From Callorhinchus milii (taxonomy: Eukaryota): a DNA stretch of 40,437 nucleotides. A model generated the notes under the pieces. It saw nothing but the letters and a program-made list of their open reading frames with translations, searched no databases and was not told the DNA's origin. Every line of letters begins with the position of its first letter. Position 1 is the first letter of the stretch. The DNA lies in NCBI RefSeq assembly GCF_018977255.1, contig NW_024705487.1, positions 1 to 40,437 on the forward strand. The letters run 5' to 3'. Made by a program: the position numbers and the translations under genes. Below, in pieces: positions 1 to 13,378 of the stretch.

Positions 1-2780
1 ACATTGAAGTCTATGGGTAGACACTTTAACATTGAAGTCTATGGGTAGACACTTTAACATTGAAGTCTATGGGTAGACACTTTAACATTGAAGTCTATGG
101 GTAGACACTTTAACATTGAAGTCTATGGGTAGACACTTTAACATTGAAGTCTATGGGTAGACACTTTAACATTGAAGTCTATGGGTAGACACTTTAACAT
201 TGAAGTCTATGGGTAGACACTTTAACATTGAAGTCTATGGGTAGACACTTTAACATTGAAGTCTATGGGTAGACACTTTAACATTGAAGTCTATGGGTAG
301 ACACTTTAACATTGAAGTCTATGGGTAGACACTTTAACATTGAAGTCTATGGGTAGACACTTTAACATTGAAGTCTATGGGTAGACACTTTAACATTGAA
401 GTCTATGGGTAGACACTTTAACATTGAAGTCTATGGGTAGACACTTTAACATTGAAGTCTATGGGTAGACACTTTAACATTGAAGTCTATGGGTAGACAC
501 TTTAACATTGAAGTCTATGGGTAGACACTTTAACATTGAAGTCTATGGGTAGACACTTTAACATTGAAGTCTATGGGTAGACACTTTAACATTGAAGTCT
601 ATGGGTAGACACTTTAACATTGAAGTCTATGGGTAGACACTTTAACATTGAAGTCTATGGGTAGACACTTTAACATTGAAGTCTATGGGTAGACACTTTA
701 ACATTGAAGTCTATGGGTAGACACTTTAACATTGAAGTCTATGGGTAGACACTTTAACATTGAAGTCTATGGGTAGACACTTTAACATTGAAGTCTATGG
801 GTAGACACTTTAACATTGAAGTCTATGGGTAGACACTTTAACATTGAAGTCTATGGGTAGACACTTTAACATTGAAGTCTATGGGTAGACACTTTAACAT
901 TGAAGTCTATGGGTAGACACTTTAACATTGAAGTCTATGGGTAGACACTTTAACATTGAAGTCTATGGGTAGACACTTTAACATTGAAGTCTATGGGTAG
1001 ACACTTTAACATTGAAGTCTATGGGTAGACACTTTAACATTGAAGTCTATGGGTAGACACTTTAACATTGAAGTCTATGGGTAGACACTTTAACATTGAA
1101 GTCTATGGGTAGACACTTTAACATTGAAGTCTATGGGTAGACACTTTAACATTGAAGTCTATGGGTAGACACTTTAACATTGAAGTCTATGGGTAGACAC
1201 TTTAACATTGAAGTCTATGGGTAGACACTTTAACATTGAAGTCTATGGGTAGACACTTTAACATTGAAGTCTATGGGTAGACACTTTAACATTGAAGTCT
1301 ATGGGTAGACACTTTAACATTGAAGTCTATGGGTAGACACTTTAACATTGAAGTCTATGGGTAGACACTTTAACATTGAAGTCTATGGGTAGACACTTTA
1401 ACATTGAAGTCTATGGGTAGACACTTTAACATTGAAGTCTATGGGTAGACACTTTAACATTGAAGTCTATGGGTAGACACTTTAACATTGAAGTCTATGG
1501 GTAGACACTTTAACATTGAAGTCTATGGGTAGACACTTTAACATTGAAGTCTATGGGTAGACACTTTAACATTGAAGTCTATGGGTAGACACTTTAACAT
1601 TGAAGTCTATGGGTAGACACTTTAACATTGAAGTCTATGGGTAGACACTTTAACATTGAAGTCTATGGGTAGACACTTTAACATTGAAGTCTATGGGTAG
1701 ACACTTTAACATTGAAGTCTATGGGTAGACACTTTAACATTGAAGTCTATGGGTAGACACTTTAACATTGAAGTCTATGGGTAGACACTTTAACATTGAA
1801 GTCTATGGGTAGACACTTTAACATTGAAGTCTATGGGTAGACACTTTAACATTGAAGTCTATGGGTAGACACTTTAACATTGAAGTCTATGGGTAGACAC
1901 TTTAACATTGAAGTCTATGGGTAGACACTTTAACATTGAAGTCTATGGGTAGACACTTTAACATTGAAGTCTATGGGTAGACACTTTAACATTGAAGTCT
2001 ATGGGTAGACACTTTAACATTGAAGTCTATGGGTAGACACTTTAACATTGAAGTCTATGGGTAGACACTTTAACATTGAAGTCTATGGGTAGACACTTTA
2101 ACATTGAAGTCTATGGGTAGACACTTTAACATTGAAGTCTATGGGTAGACACTTTAACATTGAAGTCTATGGGTAGACACTTTAACATTGAAGTCTATGG
2201 GTAGACACTTTAACATTGAAGTCTATGGGTAGACACTTTAACATTGAAGTCTATGGGTAGACACTTTAACATTGAAGTCTATGGGTAGACACTTTAACAT
2301 TGAAGTCTATGGGTAGACACTTTAACATTGAAGTCTATGGGTAGACACTTTAACATTGAAGTCTATGGGTAGACACTTTAACATTGAAGTCTATGGGTAG
2401 ACACTTTAACATTGAAGTCTATGGGTAGACACTTTAACATTGAAGTCTATGGGTAGACACTTTAACATTGAAGTCTATGGGTAGACACTTTAACATTGAA
2501 GTCTATGGGTAGACACTTTAACATTGAAGTCTATGGGTAGACACTTTAACATTGAAGTCTATGGGTAGACACTTTAACATTGAAGTCTATGGGTAGACAC
2601 TTTAACATTGAAGTCTATGGGTAGACACTTTAACATTGAAGTCTATGGGTAGACACTTTAACATTGAAGTCTATGGGTAGACACTTTAACATTGAAGTCT
2701 ATGGGTAGACACTTTAACATTGAAGTCTATGGGTAGACACTTTAACATTGAAGTCTATGGGTAGACACTTTAACATTGAA
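1..2780. repeat. Perfect 28-bp tandem satellite (ACATTGAAGTCTATGGGTAGACACTTTA)n, ~99 copies
   Basis: Unit restarts at 1, 29 ... 421 (15x28); no variant copies seen; runs into the N gap. Confidence 0.98.
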
Positions 2781-2810
2781 NNNNNNNNNNNNNNNNNNNN
2801 NNNNNNNNNN
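2781..2810. other. Assembly gap (30 N)
   Basis: Run of n characters. Confidence 0.99.
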
Positions 2811-5800
2811 ATATTGAACTCCGCGCCGATGCCGAGATGGTCCCAATCTGAACTTTTGTATATACACGTCCTAAAGTATGTATAAGTGACACCTACACAC
2901 TTCCGTGTATAATGACGAACAACATAAAATCGAAAGTCTTGGGATTCTACGCGGTCAGGAATGAGATCGGACAGACTAACCGATTGCAAATCTTGTTGTT
3001 TGGAAGGTTAACTTGGCTCCTCTCGCGTCTTATGTCAACTCTCACGAGGGAGTATCATGGCGTGAGCTCGTAGGACATCTACGGCCGCAGAATTAGCCTT
3101 CGTCGGTGTATCAGACGCTTCTCCAGCTTTATCACCCGTTCACGTGTACCCCAATGACGCGATTGCTTGCTATAACTCGGGGACATCACTAGTCGCACAG
3201 AGGCCCTGCCGATATGTTGAGGACGACACTAACGCGATATACCCGGGGTTGCGGCCGTGTATCAGTACCCAATGCCGAACAGGTATTGCCTAAACCCGCC
3301 TTCGTCGGAGATAGGAAGTCTATCGTCGATGACACGACGATGGGATTTGCCGCTGGTGGCCGGAGTGGTGCGCTATAGCCGACAGCTGAATCACTCTGGA
3401 CGCAATGAAAGCATGGATGCCATTGCAGGTCAGAGAGGTCGCCGTCACTGGGTTTGCAGGGCTGGATTCGATCGAAGTTATGGAGAACTCCTGGACTTAA
3501 AGTAAATCAAAACCAAGTGCACCTCTGGGCCGTAACTTTTTAACGCACAGCACAGGTCCTGCGCATTTGGCGTCCGGCACAGGAGTATGCCACACAGCGG
3601 AGCGGGAACTTGTTCTCGGGCGGGGGCTCTCTTACCCGAATGGAAGTCTTACGTTTACGTGAATGAAAGCTGACAGATGACTTGCAAATCCTATTAATTG
3701 GGACATAGGGAGAAATCACTACCCGCTTGGCACACTAGAATCCGGGAGATACATCGGTGAGTTTGTGCCGGGTCATCGTTAGCGTAAGCTAATACGTCGT
3801 ACAAGTTAAATCTACAGCATTAGTATTGTACGGATAGTACAATTTTTCCTCAGATGCGAGCGTACCAGATGAAGAGACTTATAGATTAACAACTTATTTC
3901 GACATATCCGGGTAGCCGATCACCGGCGAACAGAAGACTTCCGTTGGATCTGAGCGTGAAGAGATTGCTGAGTACCTTTATTGGTCAGTTTTGGGTCGCC
4001 AAAGCTCAGAACATAAAGACCCGTAAACGCGTAGCCGTGCCCGGAAGCACGTAACCTAACCTCAGAGACAGTGAGGAAGTAATACCCAGAGTCATGTCAA
4101 CAGATAACGTAACGAGAGCTATTCCGGTGGAGAAAGATTAAGGAAATTCGTCTGAGGTCGGGCAGACGACATTCGATGAACGTTGGATAGCACCACCTCT
4201 TCCGCCCTGGACATGACAGGGAAGGGTAGGTTCCGGGTCCTGCCTTCCTATACGACGATTCCAATATTAGAGCATTTCTATATAAATCGATGCAATACCC
4301 GTTCCAATAAGTGTCGGGGGGACTTGCGCGGTTCCTCCAGCCAACCGCAGTTGGCACTACCTGAAGTCTTATTACCATCAGCTAAACCGTAGAACTAGCC
4401 GCCTCGTGTTCGGCGTGCAATTACCCAAGAATGCAGTCGTGGCGATTGAGTGGTAGACAGCGCTGCTGTCGTTAAAAACGGATGACTCAGTCTTTAGGTG
4501 GATATAAGAGTCAGAGTCGATATGTTCATCCCCAGAAATACGGAAACAAAACGCTATATGCAGAAATAATGACTCTCGCGCACCAAAGCCACTAATCTGT
4601 CTTTCTATCACTGGCACGGATGCGCATGGGGAGTACGTGAAGTCGGTCTTAATTCGTCCGAGTCGAAAATGTAGATTGAGAGCAGTGTCAGTAGCTTCAC
4701 TGCCACATTTCGACAAAAGCGGACGTCTCAAAGCCAAATTGATGGTTAGGTTTCGGAAAATTTGCTGTTGATGCAACAACGGACGCGGCTCGCATCTCGG
4801 GAAAGCTACCCTATTAAACAAACGTAGATACGGGAGCACCTATAACTTAATAACTTATGATTGCGCCTATTAGCGTCATTCCTGACTGGATTGCTTTCAA
4901 GCCATTCGAAACCGCTCATAAGAAGGTGGGATTCACGCCCGTGTTAATAAGCCGAGTCGCATATAACGTTCTTAAGAGGTCGTAGAATGGAAGACCTTCT
5001 GACAAGCTAAAATGAGTTATCAGGGTCAAAACGGGCTCAGCTCGTCCGCAGCATCCTTGGTCCCGATACACCGAAAGCTGACATTAGAAGGGCATTCTAT
5101 CAGATCTACTACCGGGCACAAACACGTTGGGCGGCGGGGACTCCAAGCCCTGACATCCGAGAACGTTTCATATTACCGGGTTTACGCAGCTGCTTTAAAG
5201 AAAGTTTTGCTCCACTGGGTCTAACGGTGTAGCCACGCGGGTGAAGCGTCAGGATCACCATTAGGGAGACAGCGGGGATTTCCGACACCACAAGACAAAA
5301 AATTGAGAGCTATCGAGTGAATGTAAGGTCTTGGCTTCAGTTTGGTTAGGCAGCGACTAGGACGTTAATCCATTTAGAGGAACGAACCATCTCGGGAGCT
5401 TCCACTATACCCTATAAAAAGAGGACGCAACAGCTATCCAGCATAGGGGGGCCCTCTCAGCCACGAGCGCTACACGTGATCGGTCGCCGGATCCAAAAAT
5501 TTTTGACTAAGAGACATTGAACAAGAGTATTTTACATACAGCCCGATGGGATCCGTGTGGTCGGGCTACTAAGTGGCGGGACCAGTCGACTTGTATCTTG
5601 TCGAACGACCTAGTGTCGCAGCAAGTATCTGATAAAGGTCGCGCAGCGGAGTGTAATATTCTCCAAGTATCGAGGAAGTCATATGTGGGGTCAGTCAATG
5701 CCTGAGGAGGTGGATTATCGTCGGATGATCGGCCGCGTTAGTTCTCCGAACAATCTATGGTTCCCAGGAGCTCTGGGCTCCTAAGTCATCAGCGACGATA

Positions 5801-8800
5801 CGATCATGTCTGTACGAGGCTGTTTTGGCATTTTACTTGCGTACGCACAGCAAGAGGGATTTTTCTTGCCGGACGTAGAGTCTACCTTATGTGCTTTTAC
5901 ACTAGCTAGCGGATCGCCTAAAGCAAAATCTAGCGGTAGTAGTAATCACCCGCATAACAACTGGTGTTAGCGTGCAGTTACGACGTCCGGGGTGGGAGCT
6001 GCTATTTTAGACATTCGCGCAGATCGAGATTCAAGAGTTGCCCCCGACATCGACTCTTCATCTTATCGTTCCTCGTCGACAGATCAGCTATATCGCTTGT
6101 AAAAATAGGGCGCTGGTTGTCCGGTTGTCTGGCTAGTAACCAGCGGACGGAACTCTCGCACAGTGATTTTTTTGGCGCATTACAATAAACTGTCCATGAA
6201 AACACGCCGAGCAGCTAACGGATTACTTTTGATATTAATCCCCGATGATGGTAAGAGGCAATAGGGGAGCATGACAGACCTTGAATCGACAAAAAACGAC
6301 CACCCCAAACCGCACCACGCCACTCATCCACCGATATTAGCCCTTAGTGTCTCACAGGGAACGTTCGAGCTAGCGCCCAGAATAAGCTCGTCGGATCTAC
6401 TCGCCGGGTACCTATCCTACGAGACGCCATTGATTTGCTACCATAGCATACGCTGGAGTGAGGCGAGACTAGGCCTGGGGGGTGCTGGAAAGGTTTATAA
6501 GGGCACCAACATAGGGCATCCCGCAAAATTACCACAGTATCGAGAAGACCACGCGAGCCAAAACTCTAAAAGGGCGAAAGCAGCTGCGGCAAGTGGGATG
6601 AAGCTTTGCTCTCTCAAACACCATCTATCTATTACGTTGAGTAACTTGGAGCCGCTCCCGGTACACCTTATCGCAGTACTGGATCCCAAGGAGTCGTCAA
6701 AGACGCAATTTGACTCGATAATCGCATCAACCCGGACTGAAGTTAGTCACGAGGTGATCTGTTACTGTCTAACGGGCGTCTGAGAGAGTGTCCTCTACCG
6801 GGTGCTTGGTATCGCCACTTTACTACCCACAAAGATACCGAACTATGGGTCTGGCGTGCAGAAGATGTCATGAGTATTATGGAAGGGTGTCCGCCCACCT
6901 AGTTTCAATACTAGGGTTCTGACGGGTTCACAGGTGAGCTATAATGATGAAAAAGAGCCAGTCCCTAACAGTCTATCCTGTTGCTCGTGGACTTCTAGTA
7001 GAGATGCAAACAGGTTGGCTCTACCCTGAGACCCGTTATCGAATAGGCTCGAAGAGCTCGTCGGGGATCTTGTACCAAGGTATAGTCCAAGGGCAACGTC
7101 CCCCGTACGCTAAACTTTCATCCGGGACCGGGTGGCTAGTGCCTAACCCCAATGGCCCTCGTATCGAAGGGGCCGCACCAGTTAGTACGTGAAGTATTTT
7201 GTAATGTGTCGAGAGGTTTAGCCGTGGCGGGCGGAATCCGCGACGAGCTCGAGAAGCAGGCAGATAACATCGTCTGGACCGGCATCAGATTCATGCGCTG
7301 AGTCTATTTTCGGTAGTGTCCCGGCTAGGGATTACATTGAGGCCCATTATCAATAGAGGTATAAACCTTCGCGTTGGGACCGCGTGTGCCTGTAAAAGTT
7401 ACGCTGAGTCCCGTGTGGCTGTAACGGCCCGCAGAAAGTCAGCCTCCTTCGGATTCCGTGGGGAGCGCGCAGAAACCACAGATCCCGGTAACCCTTCTTA
7501 CAAAATAGGATGGCAAGGCCCATAGGATACAATCATTTTCTGAGCTAATTTATGTCGTATCGACGGTAGCTCTGGAGATCCCAAACTAGTTCATTCGACT
7601 ACAGCGGGAATGAATGGAGTCGTGACGCCATGTATGCTCAACAAGCTCTCCTTGAAATTATCAACGTTATCGGCGACACCGCGGCAACTTTATCCGGGGT
7701 CGGCCTGCTTGCAACATTTGTAAAGAAGCATTTAAAATAAGCGATCTGACTGAGATGGGTGTGGGCGAGAAAAGGTCTGGCTGCCAGGGATCTACTGCGA
7801 GTGAGTGTCGAAGATGACGACACGCAATCGTAGGCGAACTGACGTTATGACTAGATTCGACAGCACAGGGCGTTGTGATGTCGACAAACCGTGACAGTGC
7901 TATTTTAATAAGTACCATGCCTAGACACCGGTCCCGCCGCAAAAGTCAAATGTTCTCCGCTTTCGGATAGAAGACCTTGGGTTTGTTTTAGTAAGAACCT
8001 CTACAATGCCCTGAATCTACCCACTGAGTAGTCAGGATCCGACTCGCCCTGGGCAACGATAATAGATGTATATGTCCAAGAAGGAAAATCGGATTGTATA
8101 AGACGAGGGTTAGCTCTAGCTTATCGTTATCCAGCCGACGCTCACGCTGTATTCGCAGAGGTGAACCCATCAGGGACGTTAATTTAGAACGGGAATATGA
8201 ATTAGGGATTTAGTGGTACTACACTTATTGTATCCTGCATGGGCGAAGTACACGGAGCATCTGGCTTGCCAACCCCACCACATGTGACGGTATCCGTTTG
8301 TGGGGCAACGGACATGGGAAAACAGAATGGACTTACCAGTTACTACAAATGTGTAATCATGAGTAGCTGCTTTGGTAGTCCATGGCCTATAGCTCGTGTG
8401 GGTGGATGCGCGCATTAATTCTGTGAGACAGCGTTAGGAAGCACACGACGTAAAGTTTCGTTGAATTAGGTACCATCTACAGTCAGCACTGGAGAGTTGG
8501 ACAATTCAATCGACTAGCGTGTCTAGCGAGCTTCAAGGGAATCGATGGGCTATTGTTGACCCTTGACCAACCTGCGACGGCCCTACCGAGTCGAATATAC
8601 CGACGCAACTTCCGACCCGGCTACCCTGAAGGAGGAACGTGTCGCACTGCCTAACCGCGGAACCCAATCCGTGTAAGATGGCACCATGTGTGGGGGCGCG
8701 ATAAGCTCTTATCGTCGGGATCCAAAGGGCCGCCAGTCAGGAACACCTAAATCGGTTCGTAACCAATATAAAAGCCACCATAAAGTTGTCCGCTGCATCC

Positions 8801-11800
8801 GAATGTGATCCAGTCTCCATTTAATATATCTTAACGTACTATGAGACTTAAAGTGATAAGGGTAGAAATCGGCCACAGCTACCCAAAACCCATAGAAGTA
8901 TCTCTGACCGTAACAATAAGATGTACGAACAGCCGCAGCAGTACTGGGTGTCACCAAGAGCTCAAAACCCCAGTAAGCTTGCGGAACCTGTGAAATGAGG
9001 CTTTTTTGGGCCTGGTAAAGGGTGAACCCAAAAGAACTTGCCTCTCCCCGGCGACAGTAATTCCCCAGCCACTTCGAGCACGAATTACCTCCGACCTTAA
9101 CTCGGACTCTGCAAATGACTGATCGGTCGACCTGTACGACTGAGCAGCCGTTGTACGTATTATTGCACATGCGCAGCCGATAACTGGTATGACGCAACCC
9201 CCGGATTCCCCCCATAGCTTTCCGCGCCGTCCCCCTTAACAACTTAGAACAAACTCAGCTATAAAGCCGTACTTGGGTTTAATTGTCTTTTTACGGACGT
9301 CTCCTGGTGGTCCCATCTGCCAGTAACCGAACGAGCCGACCATCCCCTACTTGCTAAGGATATGATGTGGCGCTATATCTGGAGTGTTGCATTGAACCAA
9401 AACTTGTGGTCCCAGAAGCGTTTTAATCCAGATTTCCGACTAGGGGGTTCTCACGTGTTTACCGGGGTATTCCTACGCATGAGACGGTTGGGTGGGGCGA
9501 CCAGCGTATACTGGGACTCAAGTCACATAGACTTTACTGTAGAGAAAGCGCTCTATTATACCGCGAAAGGGATGCTCCACATAGATTTTATGTATTGTCA
9601 CGGCAGTTGTGAGGAACTAAAGACGCGCATTCCTGATTATGAAACCTCTAGCGTGTTCCAAGCTAAGTACGGGTACTTGAGTCGAAAGGAAACTTTCAAG
9701 GCACCGTTGAGATGCCTGTCCGAGTTTTGGTAGGGGCCCGATTGGTTGACGGTGACCAACTGGAAGGGAACCAAGTGCAATGATTTATCCTCAATACTTC
9801 TCCGGGAAGAGGGACCGCCCACAATCAATATGGCATTTCCGATCAAAGGTAAGACCTAATGACTTGAGTACGTTCCAATGTCGCCAGATAGACCTGAGTG
9901 TCGCTCCGAACTTTAACTTTTGGGCACTGCAGAGCAAGAGGGCGGAGCAAGCTGCTTGCGTAGTCGGTAGCTTAGTCCGACATCACTCGACCTGTGGACT
10001 TAAGAGGATCTGCGTTAGAATTGTTGTACATTTCATAGCCAGGAGCCAACCCCCCTAGCTAACTTTCAGCGTCTGACGCCTTGGATATATGAACGATGAC
10101 CACAAGACAAGAAAACTCGAACTTTTTGAGTAATGACCCCAGTCCGGCTAGTACGCAATCAAGTGGGCCCATAAAAATCTCAATGGTTGATCGAATTTCA
10201 GACAACCGTCATTTTAATCCAAGCACACCAAAGAAATGACCGCGGAAGCCCGGATTTATACAAGTCGACCTGGCTCATTAAGATTGGTTCCAGATATACT
10301 CCAATTGAGCTCCCCAGTAGCTTTTCAAGGGTGATTCATGGCCTAGGTCGCATTATCTTTGTGGAGCTCGAGAATCAGCCATTGAGCTTCAATAAAACTA
10401 GTCGTAATGAAATGGGAAACACATTCTGGCACGATTAGTATGGTCCCATCCGGGGTGGAGTCTCGGTTTCAAGGCACGGGGGCAGGAAAAGTTACTTCCC
10501 TTGCACGAGTCGTACTCTAGGTACGCGGGAAGGGAACCTCGTGAAGACTCCGCGTTAGAACAACTGGATCCCGGATCGATACTCCTCCGAACACATGTTA
10601 AAGATACACTTTGGCAATCAAAAACCTAATTACTATATCCGTCAATTGGGATGAACGCTCTATTCTCTGGGGGACCGTTGTGGGCCAACGTATTATTGAT
10701 GTTTGCCCGGTACATCGGGTGTGGCAGAAGGCGGCAAGACCCCAACGGTCAGTCGCCTGTGCTTTCTTCTATAATCGTGAGGGAGCATATCTGCATGTTT
10801 GCACATCGTCCTAGCCGGCTCCTGTCCACCCCTAGGGATGCTCCGGCTAGATTGACTGGATGACGTATTTACCCGTTCACATGAGTACTTTTCAAGCCGC
10901 CTACAGTTCGTGTGTGGGTTTGGGCAAGGCGACAATACTGCCAGAGTAAAAAAGAAACAGAGTGCAGGGGCTTCCTAGCTTAAACGGGTGATGTACTTAT
11001 CTCTACGTCCAAAGTAAGCTTACAGGGCTAATAGATCAAAGGGACACGACCTAATAATAGTGAAAGTTGTAAGTCGCTAGTGGATTACGGTTTTCAGGTC
11101 GCAGGATATCTGCGCGCGGTCTTACCACTGACCACTTACGGAGGCAGGAACGGGAGTCCATATTTCAGGCTTTGGGATCTGGGCTGGTCTGCTAGATGGC
11201 CGCACTGAAACTAGCGTTACCATGTCCCAAAACCTCGTGCGAATAAGGATAACCAGTTGACAATATCCGGCACATCCCAAGAAAGCAGACGAGACGTTGC
11301 AGGGGGCTAATAGGATTGTTGGCACCAAATGTTTTGCTTCACCAATAATCGCGGCACATCCGTTCTCCAGGCTACAAGAAAATAGTTCTAACGTATGCCT
11401 CCGAATGGACAAACCCTTGTTGCCGCTACGCTACGGGATGCAGAAGAAAGCTGGCTATCGATAGATTTCATCACCGGCGATGGACTGTGGCGAATGTGCG
11501 GGACAAGTTTAAAAAGATAGCGCATCAGGAGTGTGTCGTCTCTTACAACAAGCCGACAAAAAAGCTTATTTTTTACCTAGATAGCGGCGCTTAACTCTAA
11601 GAGAGATGGGGCCCCACGACCGAAGAAATCCATCTTCCCCCGGTTGTAACGGTTATTTACTCAGTTCGGGCCTGAGCTGTTTCCCGCTAATTAAAATCAA
11701 AGACGCGTGCCTGCCACGCAGCAAAACAGAAAACGAACGGCTGGTAAGTTAGGTGCTCGGCTCTTAACTAAATGGCTGCCTGAGGTTATATAAACCCACC

Positions 11801-12130
11801 GGAACAACAGTTCTTAAAGGTACACCATGTGCTTGGCGTTCATCTCTAACCCGGTTATCAATGAGCCGAGAACATTAAATAGCTATGCGTCTAGGAGTTC
11901 AATTTTTTTCTAAATTAGCCCGCTTCCGCAGGTGTTCCTTGGCTGAGTCCGAGATGGAGAAGCAACATGATGGGAAAATCGCCATTACAAACATATCAGA
12001 CTTTATCATGTGTTATTCCCACAACCCTCTCCTGCAGGAGGCATGCGATTCAACTAGCACGAGAGTGGGCTAGACACGGATGTCCACCCCAGATGGCTCA
12101 CAAATACCGGGCGCCGTCGACATAGTATAC
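2811..12130. other. High-complexity, random-looking non-coding block (possibly foreign, shuffled or synthetic)
   Basis: Roughly even base usage, abundant CpG and TpA, no microsatellites, longest ORFs 170-177 aa with no recognisable domain; sharp switch to GAGT repeats at ~12131. Confidence 0.7.
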
Positions 12131-12486
12131 CTGAGTGTGAGTGAGTGACTGAGTGACTGTCTGAGTGACTGAATGACTGACCGCATGAGTGACTGACTGA
12201 GTGACTGAGTGAGTTAGTGACTGACTGAGTGACTGACTGACTGAGTGACTGAGTGAGTGACTGACTGACTGAGTGACTGACTGAGTGAGTTAGTGACTAA
12301 CTGAGTTAGTGAGTTAGTGAGTGACTGAGTGAGCGACTGACTGAGTGACTGAGTGACTGAGTGACTGAGTGAGTGACTGAGTGAGTGACTGAGTGAGTGA
12401 CTGACTGAGTGACTGAGTGAGTGACTGAGTGAGTGATTGAGTGACTGACTGAGTGACTGAGTGAGTGACTGAGTGAGTGACTGAGT
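12131..12486. repeat. (GAGT/GACT)n tetranucleotide-type microsatellite
   Basis: Direct reading. Confidence 0.95.
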
Positions 12487-12501
12487 GTTGGTGTCTCCCA
12501 G

Positions 12502-12618
12502 AGGGCTCCGCAGGAAGGGATCTCCGTGTGAGGAGGTCGTGCGGACGTTCATCACCAACTCGCTCGAGTTCATCAGCGTGGACGTCTCTCGCCAACTGCA
12601 GGACTACCGCTAGGGAGG
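12502..12618 (+). pseudogene. Putative exon of an unidentified gene (GLRRKGSPCEEVVRTFITNSLEFISVDVSRQLQDYR*GG) with in-frame TAG
   Basis: Unique GC3-rich island between repeats; acceptor tctcccag (AG 12500-12501); donor GG|GTGAGA (GT 12619-12620), phase 2; TAG at 12611-12613. Could instead be a terminal exon. Confidence 0.55.
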
Positions 12619-12634
12619 GTGAGAGGGGGGTGAG

Positions 12635-13368
12635 CTCACCCACTCACCCACTCACTCACCCACACACTCACCCACACACTCACTGAGTGAGTGTGTGAGT
12701 GTGTGAGTGAGTGTATGAGTTAGTGAGTGGGTGAGTGAGTAGGTGGGTGAGCGAGCGGGTGGGTAAGTGAGTGGGTGAGTGAGAGAGCGGGTGAGCGATC
12801 GGGTGGGTGAGTGAGTGAGGTGGTGAGTGGGTGAGTGAGAGAGCGGGTGAGCGAGCGGGTGGGTGAGTGGGTGAGTGAGCGAGCGGGTGAGTGGGTGAGT
12901 GAGCGAGCGGGTGAGTGAGTGAGTGAGTGGGTCAGCGAGTGAGTGAGTGGGTCAGCGAGTGTGTGAGTGGATGAGTGTGTGAGCGAGTGAGTGGGTGAGC
13001 GAGTGAGTGGGTGAGTGGGTGAGTGGGTGAGCGAGTGAGTGGGTGAGTGGGTGAGCGAGTGAGTGGGTGAGTGTGTGAGTGGGTGAGTGGATGAGTGTGT
13101 GAGCGAGCGGGTGAGTGGGTGAGTGTGCGAGTGGGTGAGTGGATGAGTGTGTGAGCGAGCGGGTGAGTGTGTGAGTGAGTGAGTGGGTGAGTGAGCGGGT
13201 GAGCGAGTGAGTGGGTGAGCGAGTGAGTGAGTGGGTGAGTGGGTGAGTGGGTGAGCGGGTGAGCGAGTGAGCGACTGGGTGAGTGGGTGAGCGAGTGAGC
13301 GAGCGAGTGAGCGGGTGAGCGGGTGAGCGGGTGAGGGGGTGAGCGAGTGAGCGAGTGAGTGTGTGTGC
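12635..13368. repeat. (GAGT/GGGT/GAGC)n degenerate tetranucleotide repeat
   Basis: Direct reading. Confidence 0.95.
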
Positions 13369-13378
13369 GTCTGCCCAG

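Noticed and set aside
1..2780. CRISPR array (28-bp repeat)
   Set aside because: Units are contiguous with no spacers; no cas genes; eukaryotic context.
6271..6783. 170-aa ORF containing LGLGGAGKVYKG (kinase Gly-loop-like)
   Set aside because: No VAIK, HRD or DFG motifs follow; consistent with chance in random-like sequence.
6919..6945. Bacterial -35/-10-like promoter (CTGACG..TATAAT)
   Set aside because: 15-bp spacing, no downstream gene, chance occurrence.
8709..9242. 177-aa ORF and other short ORFs in 2811-12130
   Set aside because: No recognisable domains or codon bias; lengths plausible by chance.
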